DNA of 39,946 bases from Bacteroidaceae bacterium (GCA_021443405.1 JABUUA010000002.1:1-39946); one strand, 5' to 3'; counted from the first letter of the stretch, positions 1 to 8,864 are shown. Numbers and translations are program-made. The notes: a model not told the origin generated them from the letters alone.

Positions 1-2228
1 TGCTGCACGCCGTAGAGCTCGCTGTCGGGCGAGAGGCTGAGCTGGGTGGTCTCGACGGTGGACTGCAGTCCGTTGGCATAGATGGCCTGAACGCCCACGG
101 TGCGCTGGCCGAAGGCGACCTGCGGCAGCGTGGCGGAAGTGGCGGCGGTGGTGGTGGCGAGAGCGCCATCGACAAAGACGTTGTACTTCTCCACCTTGTC
201 GGCGTCGGCGCCCAACTTGGGATTGTCGATGACGAGACCGATGGCCCACGATACCTCGTTGGTGGTGGCGGATTGCTGGGCCAGCGCGTAGAGCGAGTCG
301 AACTTGGGGTCGATGGGGAGGCGGAGCAGGTCGGTGACGCCGCTGGTGCAGCGGCCGTAAACCATGCCCACCACGTTGTACGAGGCGGTGAGACTGCTCA
401 CGGTGGGAGCGACGCCCACCACGATGTCGTTCTTCAGGTCGCCGATGTTGAGCGTCTTGTCAAGCGCGATGGTGTTGAGCTGGCCGAGGGCGAGGGTCTC
501 GCTGACCTGCTGCTGGTGGAGCGTGGTGAGCGTTCCGTCGGCGGCCATCTCGTAGATGGTGAGCGTCCAGGCGAGCTGGGCCGACATGGGATAGAACTGC
601 ACGGCGCGAATCTGCTGGCCCTTGTACTGCAGCATCTCCTCGCGGTCGATGCGGATGGCCACCTCGAAGGAGTTGTCGCCGCCGCCGAAACCGACAATCT
701 CGTCGGTGGCGTCGTCGAAGTAACCCTTGGTGATGTGGTTGGTGCGGGGCGCATGCCACTGGATGGCAGCGCCTTGGAAACCGCGCTGACGGGCAAACAC
801 GGCGTAGGGCGACTGCAGGCAAGAGGTGGTCACCTCGGCGCTGGCAGCGGCCGTAGCGGGACTGGTGGTTCCGTCGGCATAAGTGGCGGCCACGCTGTAG
901 GCGTAAGTGCCGTCGGAAAGATTATTGTCGAAGAAGAGACGGCTGGTGGCGGGCACTTCGGCCACGGCGTTGCCGTCGCGATAGACGATGTACTTTTGCA
1001 CAGCCTCGGCGTTGGCGAGCGGCGCTTTCCACTCCACGCGGGCCGTCCCCTCGCCACGCAGTCCGCGGGCCTTGAGACCGCAGGGAGCGCGGTGGGTGAG
1101 TTCCTGGTCCGTCAGCACGATGGAGCTCTGGGTGTAACCCGTGGGCTCGTAGTGATAGAAGCCCATGGCCTTGGCGTCGGCCGAGATGGCATAGCCGCAC
1201 TGCACCACGGGATAGGGGAACTGCTCAGGGTCGTAGAAGACATAGGGGTCGTTGAAGAAGTCGTGAATGCCCTGCTCCTTGAAGTAGTCGGTGACGAAGT
1301 GGGGCGTTCCGTCCTTGTAGATGATGGCGCGGTTCAGTCCGTCGTCGGCCTCGTAACCGAGGATGGTCCCGTCGTCGGCCAGGGCAAAAATGTCGAAGTT
1401 GGCGGGATTGTCGCTGATGGTTCGCACGTTGGTCATCTCCTGCGTCTCCACGTCATAGACGACGTCCATGTTGGCGGCCCTGTTCAGCAGTGTGTTCTTC
1501 CAGCCGTTCCACATGAGCACTTTCTTGCCGTCGCTGGTGAACTGCTTGGCGGCACACCAGGGAGCGCCGTAGCGACTGAGCACGCGGGGCGACTCCTCGG
1601 CCAGGTTCCACACGAAGGAATAGCGGACTCCGTAGTCGTCGGTGATGTATTTCCAGCCGCCGATGTGGGAGCCGTCGCACGAAATGCAGTAGGGAACGCA
1701 GTCGGTTCCGTCGAACAAATCGCGGTAGAGCTGACCGTCCTTCCAGACCATGGGATGCAGCTTCCCTTCGATGTAGGAAGCGCCCGTCATCCAACGGCCG
1801 TCGGGCGAAATGCCGCCGGCAATGCCGCCGCCCATGGAGGCGAACAGCTCAACGCCGGGAACGAACTCGCCCACCATGGGCAACGTGTGCCAACGGTCGG
1901 TGAAGTAGCCCGGAGTCTCCACGGGAGCGCCGTTGGGCGAAATGTCGGTGGCCATGTAGTTGCCCACGACGGTTCCGTCGTTGGCAATGCCCGAGGGAAC
2001 GGAGATTTCGAGCGACGAGAGCATCTGAATCTCATCGCTTTCCAAGTTCCAGCGGAAGGCGAAGGGGTTGTAACTGTAGTCGTAATAAACACCGGCCGCC
2101 CACTTGCCGTTGGGCGAGATGTAGATAATCTGATACTCCTGCGGCGAGCGAAGCACCAGCGTTCCGCGCTCGGCCATGGCGCTCAGCGCCGAGAGCACGA
2201 GAACGAGGGACAAAAGAATGCTTTTCAT
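1..2228 (-). CDS. Secreted multidomain surface protein, 5' part only. The ORF runs off the left edge and is absent from the supplied track. It has a signal peptide, beta-propeller-type repeats (HAF/PD40-like), then FN3/Ig-like modules.
   Basis: ATG at 2228 (cat 2226-2228). My own translation is MKSILLSLVLVLSALSAMAERGTLVLRSP... and stays open for 742 codons to position 3 (...TVETTQLSLSPDSELYGVQ). Repeats: ISPNGKWAAG, IANDGTVVGNY, ISPDGRWMTG, ISCDGSHIGG, FTSDGKKVLMW, LADDGTILGY. FN3-like stretch: KYIVYRDGNAVAEVPATS...YAYSVAATYADG. No listed minus ORF uses this frame. The 696-aa plus ORF is its antisense shadow. Confidence 0.8.
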   Translation of the reverse strand, partial: MKSILLSLVLVLSALSAMAERGTLVLRSPQEYQIIYISPNGKWAAGVYYDYSYNPFAFRWNLESDEIQMLSSLEISVPSGIANDGTVVGNYMATDISPNGAPVETPGYFTDRWHTLPMVGEFVPGVELFASMGGGIAGGISPDGRWMTGASYIEGKLHPMVWKDGQLYRDLFDGTDCVPYCISCDGSHIGGWKYITDDYGVRYSFVWNLAEESPRVLSRYGAPWCAAKQFTSDGKKVLMWNGWKNTLLNRAANMDVVYDVETQEMTNVRTISDNPANFDIFALADDGTILGYEADDGLNRAIIYKDGTPHFVTDYFKEQGIHDFFNDPYVFYDPEQFPYPVVQCGYAISADAKAMGFYHYEPTGYTQSSIVLTDQELTHRAPCGLKARGLRGEGTARVEWKAPLANAEAVQKYIVYRDGNAVAEVPATSRLFFDNNLSDGTYAYSVAATYADGTTSPATAAASAEVTTSCLQSPYAVFARQRGFQGAAIQWHAPRTNHITKGYFDDATDEIVGFGGGDNSFEVAIRIDREEMLQYKGQQIRAVQFYPMSAQLAWTLTIYEMAADGTLTTLHQQQVSETLALGQLNTIALDKTLNIGDLKNDIVVGVAPTVSSLTASYNVVGMVYGRCTSGVTDLLRLPIDPKFDSLYALAQQSATTNEVSWAIGLVIDNPKLGADADKVEKYNVFVDGALATTTAATSATLPQVAFGQRTVGVQAIYANGLQSTVETTQLSLSPDSELYGVQ

Positions 2229-2240
2229 TGTCAAGTTTGT

Positions 2241-2275
2241 AAAAAAAGTTGCTCCTGCGGGGGAGGAGTTTTTTT
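2241..2275 (-). terminator. Weak hairpin with T-tracts on both strands, between the third and fourth cargo genes. Possible attenuator.
   Basis: CTCCT (2252-2256) / AGGAG (2264-2268) with a 7-nt loop. Flanked by A7 (2241-2247) and T7 (2269-2275). The stem is only 5-6 bp. Confidence 0.25.
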
Positions 2276-4673
2276 ATTGCTGAACGAATTTCTTCGAGCC
2301 TTCAATCACAATGCCGCGGTAGTTGCGACCCACGCGCTGGCCCTGCAGATTGTAACGCGGTGAGGCAGCGGCGCGGTCGGTCTCCACTTGCTGGATGGCT
2401 GTGGCGGGGGTGAACTGCAGCGGAGCGGCGCAAGTGAAGCCGCAGCGATAGTCCATGTTGTTGTCGAGTTCCACATACTGCACAATGTACTCACATTCAG
2501 CAGCGGGAGCGGGCAGACCGCAAATCCAGTCGAGCATAAATCCGTATTCATCGACCACCAGATACTTGTCGTCGAGGAACGAGAGACCCTTGGCCATGAC
2601 CACGCCGTCGCAGTAGATGTTGAAGGCGGCGAGACCGGCACGGCGGTCGGCAGCGGGCATGGCGGAGATGAAGACACTGTCGGCGTCGGCGCGCAGAATC
2701 TTGGCGGTGGGCGTGTAACCCAAGCCGGTGGTCATCATCTTGCAGACGAGGTTGGCGCTCTTCTTCCACTGACCGGCAGCGGCATTGTAGTCGTAGCGGA
2801 CGCCCGTCAGCACTTCGTCGTCGTCGGTCTGCGAATAAACCACCTGATAAAGATTCGTCTTGGTGATGTTGCCGTTGGAGCGGACCTTGTTCTGCGTGGT
2901 GGTGCTCTCGGTCAGGAAGTCGTTGCTGTCGTAAGTGTAAGTGGTCTCGACATACTGCGTGTGAGCTTCGTTCCAGACGGCCTCGGTGAGCAGACGGCCG
3001 CGCTCGTTGTAAGTGCGGTCGGCTCCCGCCTCGCGAACATATTCGGTGAGCTCGTCAGTGCCGTCGGCCGTAACGTTGTAAGTGGCGCGGCGCATCACGG
3101 TGTCGTCGCCGCCATAGAGCCAGACGGTCTTCTGGGCGGGAACACTGGCGTCGTCGAAGGTGGTCAGCTGCTCGGTGATAGAGCGGGCGTCGTAGGTCAC
3201 CGTCACATAGTCCTTGGGATTCACGGTGAGATAGTCGCTGTTGGCCTTTCCAATCGGATAGACGGCCTGCACAAGGAAGGCAAACTCCTCGCTCATTCCT
3301 TCGAGGGTCCACTCCAAAGCCTGACCGTCGGCGTTGCGATTGTCGGCAGCGACGAAGTTCTTCAGAATCACGTTGTAGCGCAAGGGCTTCAGGTCGTCGG
3401 CATACTGCGGCTCGTCCCAAGCCACGGTGACGGAGTAGTCGCCGTACTTGTCCTTCTCGGCGCCCACAACTCGGAGATTGGTGGGAGCGGCGAGCGGTGT
3501 ATTGTGAACTTCGCTGACGGGGTTGCTCACCAGCCACTCACGGGCAATCTTCCCGTCGTCGTCCAGCTCCACATACTGAGCCATATACTCGTGATAACCG
3601 TTCGGCAGACCGGTCACGCTGTAGTGAAGATTGCCGTCGGCCTCGACCTCGCTGACCGGGAGAACGACCATCGTGCGGGCGCGGTCCATCAACTTCACCG
3701 CGGCTTTGGGGTTCGACTTCACTGCGGCTGGAAGTTCGATGCAGAAGAACGTGGCGTTGTAGGCCGTGGACTCTTTCTTCTCCAGCGTGAGCACGGGAGC
3801 TTGCTGACCGGTGTAGTCGGCATATTCCTCCACCGAAGTAGTGGCGTTGTTGCTCCACATGTCCATGAAGTAAGACTGACTCTTGCGGCGGATGCGCAGG
3901 GGATTCTCGCTCTCCTTGGTGTAGAGCATGCGGTAGTTGTCGGCCTCTACGCCGTTCTCATCCACACGCTTCTCCTCATACATGGTGCAGAACCCCGTCT
4001 CGTCGTAAGTCCAATACTGAGCGCCCTTGAGCAACGTGAGGTTCTCGGGGCTGTAGTGCAACTCCGAAACCTTGTTGCCGTCGGCGTTGTAAGTAATCAC
4101 GCCCGTGTAGTTGTAAGAATCCCAACGGCCCGAGTTCTGCACTTTCACACAACGGCCCTGCTCGTCGTACTCCGTATATACAGTAGTCTCGGCGAGAGCG
4201 CTCTCCAGTGTCCAGGCGTCATAGGTATAACGCTCTTTCTTCACCAGATAGCCCTCGTCGCTGTAAGTGTAGTCCAAGCGCTGGTAACCTTCGGAATATT
4301 CGCTAACGATCTGGCCCTTATCGTCATAAGTATAGTAAGTCGTGTCTTTGTTCGACTTGAAGGCAATGTCCTCGCCGTCGTAAGGTCCATACTGCTCGCT
4401 CCACGTCTTGGTAATCAAACCGGCGGCGTTGTATTCATAAGTGGTCAGGCGACTCAGTTCATAAATGCCTGTCGCGTAGTTACGACCATAATGAGCCTTG
4501 CTGAGCAGCTGGCCCTGCTGATTGTAAAAGCAAGCGTCATAAACAGAGATAACGTCGTTGGCCGTCTGACCCATGGCGTCGCCATACACTTGGTTGTAGC
4601 GCAGACGAAGGTCTTGTGCCGAAACGCCAACCGTAGCGAGCAACGCTAAAAGTGTGAGTAGAGTTTTCTTCAT
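2274..4673 (-). CDS. T9SS-secreted protein with YD/RHS-like beta-hairpin repeats, an FN3-like module and a type-A T9SS C-terminal sorting domain.
   Basis: Signal peptide MKKTLLTLLALLATVGVSAQ. Repeats: TYEYNAAGLITKT, YYTYDDKGQIVSEY, DYTYSDEGYLVKK, TEYDEQGRCVKV, ITYNADGNKVSEL, TYTYDSNDFLTES. FN3-like stretch: APTNLRVVGAEKD...VTVAWDEP. C-terminus: SPRYNLQGQRVGRNYRGIVIEGSKKFVQQ. Confidence 0.8.
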   Translation of the reverse strand: MKKTLLTLLALLATVGVSAQDLRLRYNQVYGDAMGQTANDVISVYDACFYNQQGQLLSKAHYGRNYATGIYELSRLTTYEYNAAGLITKTWSEQYGPYDGEDIAFKSNKDTTYYTYDDKGQIVSEYSEGYQRLDYTYSDEGYLVKKERYTYDAWTLESALAETTVYTEYDEQGRCVKVQNSGRWDSYNYTGVITYNADGNKVSELHYSPENLTLLKGAQYWTYDETGFCTMYEEKRVDENGVEADNYRMLYTKESENPLRIRRKSQSYFMDMWSNNATTSVEEYADYTGQQAPVLTLEKKESTAYNATFFCIELPAAVKSNPKAAVKLMDRARTMVVLPVSEVEADGNLHYSVTGLPNGYHEYMAQYVELDDDGKIAREWLVSNPVSEVHNTPLAAPTNLRVVGAEKDKYGDYSVTVAWDEPQYADDLKPLRYNVILKNFVAADNRNADGQALEWTLEGMSEEFAFLVQAVYPIGKANSDYLTVNPKDYVTVTYDARSITEQLTTFDDASVPAQKTVWLYGGDDTVMRRATYNVTADGTDELTEYVREAGADRTYNERGRLLTEAVWNEAHTQYVETTYTYDSNDFLTESTTTQNKVRSNGNITKTNLYQVVYSQTDDDEVLTGVRYDYNAAAGQWKKSANLVCKMMTTGLGYTPTAKILRADADSVFISAMPAADRRAGLAAFNIYCDGVVMAKGLSFLDDKYLVVDEYGFMLDWICGLPAPAAECEYIVQYVELDNNMDYRCGFTCAAPLQFTPATAIQQVETDRAAASPRYNLQGQRVGRNYRGIVIEGSKKFVQQ

Positions 4674-4680
4674 AATTTTA

Positions 4681-6399
4681 TTAGTTAATTATTTTCTTTC
4701 CATTCATGATAACAATACCGCGGTAGTTGCGACCCACTCGTTGTCCTTGCAGATTATAACGAACAGCCGACGAAGCACCGCCGGTCACCGCCGTAACGCC
4801 CGTAGCCAATTGCACGGCCGCCTGCGCATCAACCTTGGCAATACTTTCCCGCGCCGTCTCCATCAGCAATTGTTTGGCAGTGGCCGTAGTGAGTGTGGGA
4901 TTGGCTTGCAACATCAGCGCCACCACACCGCTCACCACTGGAGCAGCCATCGAGGTTCCCTGCATATAGCCATAGCGAACGGTGAGGTCGTTGTAGTCGT
5001 AAGCATGTCCAGACAAGACGGTTCCGCTGTTGTCGTGACTCGACACGGCCGACAACGTAAGACAGCCGGGAGCCGTCACTTCTGGTTTAGCGCGACCGTC
5101 GGGAGTCGGCCCAACGCTTGAGAACGAACAAAGGACTCCTTCGGTCTCTCCGTCAAGAGTTCGGTCCTGACTCTCACCCAACAAACGGTAAGTAGTGCGC
5201 GTGGCATAAGCTCCCACGGAAATAATGTCGTCGGAAGTTCCACCTATTTCGCAGAGGGTCAACTGATGGTCAGCCGCGCTGAAGCCCTCAATGTTCTTGG
5301 AACTCAGCCCAAGATATACGTTGTCGGCCCACACATTCACTTCTCCCGCAGAGAGAGGAATCACCTGAAGACCAAGAGCGTAACCGTTTCGAACATTGGT
5401 AATGCGGGAAGAAATCATCACATGCAGACAACCGTTGGCGGCGTTGACCTCGGAAGCAACTAAAAGTTCGCCCTTGAGATTGCTCGCAAACGCCACGGTC
5501 TGCGCGCCGGGCTCAGCAGTATTCTCGGCACCGTTCTCAGTTCCCAATCCCTCAAACACGCTGAGAGTTTCGGTGGCAGTCTTAGTCTTGGTATTGTAAC
5601 ACAACAGTCGAACTGCAAAATTTGCACCGGGACGACCCCAGATTTCCACATCGCCCAAAGCATTCTCCGCCGTTGGAGCCGTGCGGTAATCCACAAAAGT
5701 CTGAAGAGGAGCGTCGTCGGAAGAAGCAAAAACAGCGCTGAGATGGAAATCGTCCTTATGATGATTACCCGATGAACCCACAAGCACAAGACCTTCCTGC
5801 TGAAAATCGGCAAGAGCACGGTCAAAAGCCGAAGTGCCGTCGTGCGGTCCTGCTTGATTGCCAAGACTCATATTGATGACACAAGGTTTGCCCACGGACT
5901 GAGCATATTCCCATACATAGCGAATGCCATCCAGAATATTTTGGTTGCCACGCTGGTAATCGGCCTTACTCACCAACACAATCTCTGCTTCAGGCGCAAG
6001 TCCCACAAGGCGCGAAGCCTGAGTCGTGTCGGCCCCGGCAATGATGGCTGTCACGTGACTGCCATGAGAATTATCTGAGATATCGCCCTTTGCACCGAGA
6101 ATTGCTTCGGGAGTGGTCAGTTCCACCCCATAAGAAAAACCTGCGGGAGCCTGCAAGTCCTCAGTAGCGGTTGTACCTTGTTCCCACACACGACTGATGC
6201 GCAGCGTGGTGCGGTCGGCAGAAAGAAAAGCTGGGTGTGTGTAGTCGAAACCGCCATCGATGACGCCCACCACTACCCCACTGCCTAACAAAGAAGCACG
6301 ATGCAGCGCGTCGATACCCAAGTCTCGGCGCACAAGGTCAATGGCTGAAACGCTCAGCGAGACAAGGCACAGAAGCGCCGCACACAGCAATTTTCTCAT
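4681..6399 (-). CDS. Subtilisin-family (S8) serine peptidase with a T9SS C-terminal sorting domain.
   Basis: Signal peptide MRKLLCAALLCLVSLSVSA. Catalytic motifs in D-H-S order: VGVIDGGFD, HGSHVTAIIAG, GTSMAAPVVSG. Oxyanion-like NMSLGN. C-terminus: VRYNLQGQRVGRNYRGIVIMNGKKIIN. Confidence 0.9.
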   Translation of the reverse strand: MRKLLCAALLCLVSLSVSAIDLVRRDLGIDALHRASLLGSGVVVGVIDGGFDYTHPAFLSADRTTLRISRVWEQGTTATEDLQAPAGFSYGVELTTPEAILGAKGDISDNSHGSHVTAIIAGADTTQASRLVGLAPEAEIVLVSKADYQRGNQNILDGIRYVWEYAQSVGKPCVINMSLGNQAGPHDGTSAFDRALADFQQEGLVLVGSSGNHHKDDFHLSAVFASSDDAPLQTFVDYRTAPTAENALGDVEIWGRPGANFAVRLLCYNTKTKTATETLSVFEGLGTENGAENTAEPGAQTVAFASNLKGELLVASEVNAANGCLHVMISSRITNVRNGYALGLQVIPLSAGEVNVWADNVYLGLSSKNIEGFSAADHQLTLCEIGGTSDDIISVGAYATRTTYRLLGESQDRTLDGETEGVLCSFSSVGPTPDGRAKPEVTAPGCLTLSAVSSHDNSGTVLSGHAYDYNDLTVRYGYMQGTSMAAPVVSGVVALMLQANPTLTTATAKQLLMETARESIAKVDAQAAVQLATGVTAVTGGASSAVRYNLQGQRVGRNYRGIVIMNGKKIIN

Positions 6400-8186
6400 T
6401 GTACAATCTTCTTGCCGTTAGCAATCACAATACCTTTATACTGTTCACCGACACGCTGACCAGACAAATTATAACGGACAACATTCCGAACATCGCTATT
6501 CACCGCACTAATCCCTGTTGCAGATTTCACAAGAGGAATCTGAACGCAGTTGAAAACCTCATTGCCATTGTAGTCATTCTCACTATAAGCAGCCACATAA
6601 GCCGTGAGTTTCATATTGGAGGCCTCCGTAGCAATGTTGGGTGCAAAACCTTCATAAGAAGTGCCAGCCGTGGACTCTATGCTTGCGGGCAAAGTATAAT
6701 TCGTCTCGTAGTGCAGTGTTTCTCCTTCCTTCAAACTGACGAGTCGTCCCCATGCACTACCCACAATATTGCCGCGAGCCACCGCATTGTGAACGTATCC
6801 GCTTCCGCCATTCGACTGCGGAGCAATAATGCTATCCTGCGACAACATGATGTTGAACACCGTCTGAGCACACGAAGGCAAGCGCAAGCACTCAATGTCA
6901 ACGGCAATCTTGGCTGTGTTGGTCGCAGCGTCGTAGTCACTGGTCATGTTCATCTGCACATACGGCTCACGGTCAAGCACCGACAACGCAGCCTGTTCAA
7001 TAAGAAGAGCATCAGCATTCAGGATGGGACCGGGCTTCGATGACAAGGTAGCGCAACGCCAACGATTGAGCATAACGGCAGGGGCAAAAGTACTGTTCGA
7101 CCCATAGAAAAAGCAATAAGCTCCATCGTCTTCCATCGAGAAAGCATCGGGCTCGTAACCAGCATGGTGTGTTACCTCATACACCGTCACGCCTTTACTC
7201 TCCAGAGATTCAATCGCAGTTTTCTCGGCACGATGCCCGGCAGGACAGTTGGGACAAGCCTGGCCCGTAAAACCTTCGAGCAGTATATTCTTCTGCACAT
7301 CGGCAGGATAAAAGAACACCGCTGCGGCGGTAGCATTGTCACTGGGCTCAGCATCTGCCAAAGCACCGTCGGCCGTAGCAATGTTGTCAAGCGTCACCGT
7401 TACCTGCTGATAACCCTTATCGTCCGAACGAAGTGTGGGCAACTCCACCGAGTGAGTGGCATTTGCCGCCAATGAGATGTCTGCAACACTTATGCGCTGT
7501 TGCGCTCCATCGCCGATACGGACCACTGCATCAAAAGCAGTGATGGTCTTCTGACCGAAGTTAAAGACCTCAATGGAATGTTGGTAGTCTTGTCCACCCT
7601 TGTAATAGCCCTGCTGCGTGTAAGTTTTGAGCATCAAGTCAGCGCTTGCTGGAGTCCCTTCCGCCAACACACGCACATTAGGCATACCGAGCGACATGCC
7701 GTAAGTATCTTGCCAAACACCTTCATTATAAGCAAAAGAAACATCCTTGGAATCTTGAGTCAGGTCGTAAGACAAGGCCTGATAGTTGCCGGCTTTACAC
7801 GTATAGCCCACATAGAGCGCCGGTTCATTGCCCGTCACCGTATAAGCGGCATCAAAGGCATAGTCAGCCCAAACATTGGCCTTGGCTGGCACAATGCTGG
7901 CATGGGCGAGATTAGCGCCCTCGGGAGACGTGCGCACAAAAACGTCATAATCTTGACAATTACGACTGCCCACGACTACGGAAACACCCGTAAGTTTCGC
8001 CCCCACCAAGGCCTTAACCTTATCAGCACTAAGCCGCATCATCTGGCCTTGCACATCGGCAGAACCAATGCTTGTCAAATTGTTTCTGCCACACTGTCCA
8101 TTGCTAAAGCCCACAGCCTGTTGTGCACAAACAACAGTTGTCAACGTCAGCATGAGCATCATAAAAAGGGAAAATCTACGAATCAT
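6396..8186 (-). CDS. T9SS-secreted CxxC protein, Omp28-related / thioredoxin-fold-like.
   Basis: Signal peptide MIRRFSLFMMLMLTLTTVVCAQQ. Motif LLEGFTGQACPNCPAGH. C-terminus: VVRYNLSGQRVGEQYKGIVIANGKKIVQ. Its TGA overlaps the ATG of the S8 gene (ATGA at 6396-6399). The family call is from memory of the motif only. Confidence 0.7.
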   Translation of the reverse strand: MIRRFSLFMMLMLTLTTVVCAQQAVGFSNGQCGRNNLTSIGSADVQGQMMRLSADKVKALVGAKLTGVSVVVGSRNCQDYDVFVRTSPEGANLAHASIVPAKANVWADYAFDAAYTVTGNEPALYVGYTCKAGNYQALSYDLTQDSKDVSFAYNEGVWQDTYGMSLGMPNVRVLAEGTPASADLMLKTYTQQGYYKGGQDYQHSIEVFNFGQKTITAFDAVVRIGDGAQQRISVADISLAANATHSVELPTLRSDDKGYQQVTVTLDNIATADGALADAEPSDNATAAAVFFYPADVQKNILLEGFTGQACPNCPAGHRAEKTAIESLESKGVTVYEVTHHAGYEPDAFSMEDDGAYCFFYGSNSTFAPAVMLNRWRCATLSSKPGPILNADALLIEQAALSVLDREPYVQMNMTSDYDAATNTAKIAVDIECLRLPSCAQTVFNIMLSQDSIIAPQSNGGSGYVHNAVARGNIVGSAWGRLVSLKEGETLHYETNYTLPASIESTAGTSYEGFAPNIATEASNMKLTAYVAAYSENDYNGNEVFNCVQIPLVKSATGISAVNSDVRNVVRYNLSGQRVGEQYKGIVIANGKKIVQ

Positions 8187-8213
8187 CTAATTATATTTTG
8201 TCTTATCAGCTTA

Positions 8214-8245
8214 CAAAGATACAAAAAAAGCTATAGCTTTACAAG
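8214..8245 (-). promoter_or_regulatory. Bacteroidota-type promoter of the T9SS-cargo operon.
   Basis: The minus-strand sense reads CTTG-N20-TATCTTTG. The -7 box TAnnTTTG lies at 8214-8221, 28 nt upstream of the ATG at 8186. The -33 element is imperfect (CTTG). Confidence 0.5.
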
Positions 8246-8275
8246 CAGAAACACTGTGTTAACACCGCATACAAC

Positions 8276-8311
8276 AAAAAAAAGAGGTACGAATGCGAGC
8301 ACTCGTACCTC
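8276..8311 (-). terminator. Rho-independent terminator ending the ribosomal superoperon after rplQ.
   Basis: Perfect 9-bp stem GAGGTACGA (8284-8292) / TCGTACCTC (8303-8311) with a 10-nt loop, followed on the minus strand by T8 (8276-8283). Confidence 0.85.
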
Positions 8312-8336
8312 ATAGTATATGGAATGGATGTGTGAT

Positions 8337-8858
8337 TTACTCAGCAGCAGCCTCGGGAGCAGCCTCAGTAGCAGGAGCCTCTTCCACGGTTTCAGCAGCA
8401 GATGCCTCGGCAACAGGAGCCTCTGCTACGGGAGCATCAGCAGCCTTCTTGCTTGAACGGCGCGTGCGCTTAGCCTTCTTCTCGGTCTTTGCCATGTTCT
8501 CGTCAAAGTCAACGAGCTCGATGAAGCACATGGGGGCGTTGTCGTTGGCACGGAAACCGGTCTTGATGATACGGGTGTAACCACCGGGACGATCACCAAC
8601 CTTCTCTGACACCACCTGGAACAGCTCGGTGATGGCGTACTTGTTCTGCAGATAGCTGAATACTACACGACGAGAGTTCGTGGTATCCTCCTTAGCCTTT
8701 GTAATCAGCGGCTCTACGTACTTCTTCAGGGCCTTAGCCTTAGCGAGGGTCGTAGTGATTCTTTTGTGCATAATCAAAGAAGTAGCCATGTTGCTCAACA
8801 TAGCACTTCTGTGAGATGCAGTACGACCCAGATGGTTGAATTTTTTATTGTGTCTCAT
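8337..8858 (-). CDS. rplQ: 50S ribosomal protein L17 with an Ala/Glu/Pro-rich C-terminal tail.
   Basis: [29 protein letters not shown]... is canonical L17. Its position after rpoA also fits. Confidence 0.97.
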   Translation of the reverse strand: MRHNKKFNHLGRTASHRSAMLSNMATSLIMHKRITTTLAKAKALKKYVEPLITKAKEDTTNSRRVVFSYLQNKYAITELFQVVSEKVGDRPGGYTRIIKTGFRANDNAPMCFIELVDFDENMAKTEKKAKRTRRSSKKAADAPVAEAPVAEASAAETVEEAPATEAAPEAAAE

Positions 8859-8864
8859 TGTAAA

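Noticed and set aside
273-2363. 696-aa plus-strand ORF in the track.
   Set aside because: Its composition is Gly/Val/Ala/His/Arg-rich and nonsense-like, with no signal peptide or motifs. It spans the 2229-2273 intergenic gap. It is exactly antisense to a well-formed minus-strand gene that has a signal peptide and domain repeats. It is a codon-bias shadow: the sense strand lacks TTA, CTA and TCA codons.
2388-4649. 753-aa plus-strand ORF.
   Set aside because: It is the same kind of antisense shadow, here of the 799-aa T9SS cargo gene, with low-complexity V/G/A/H composition.
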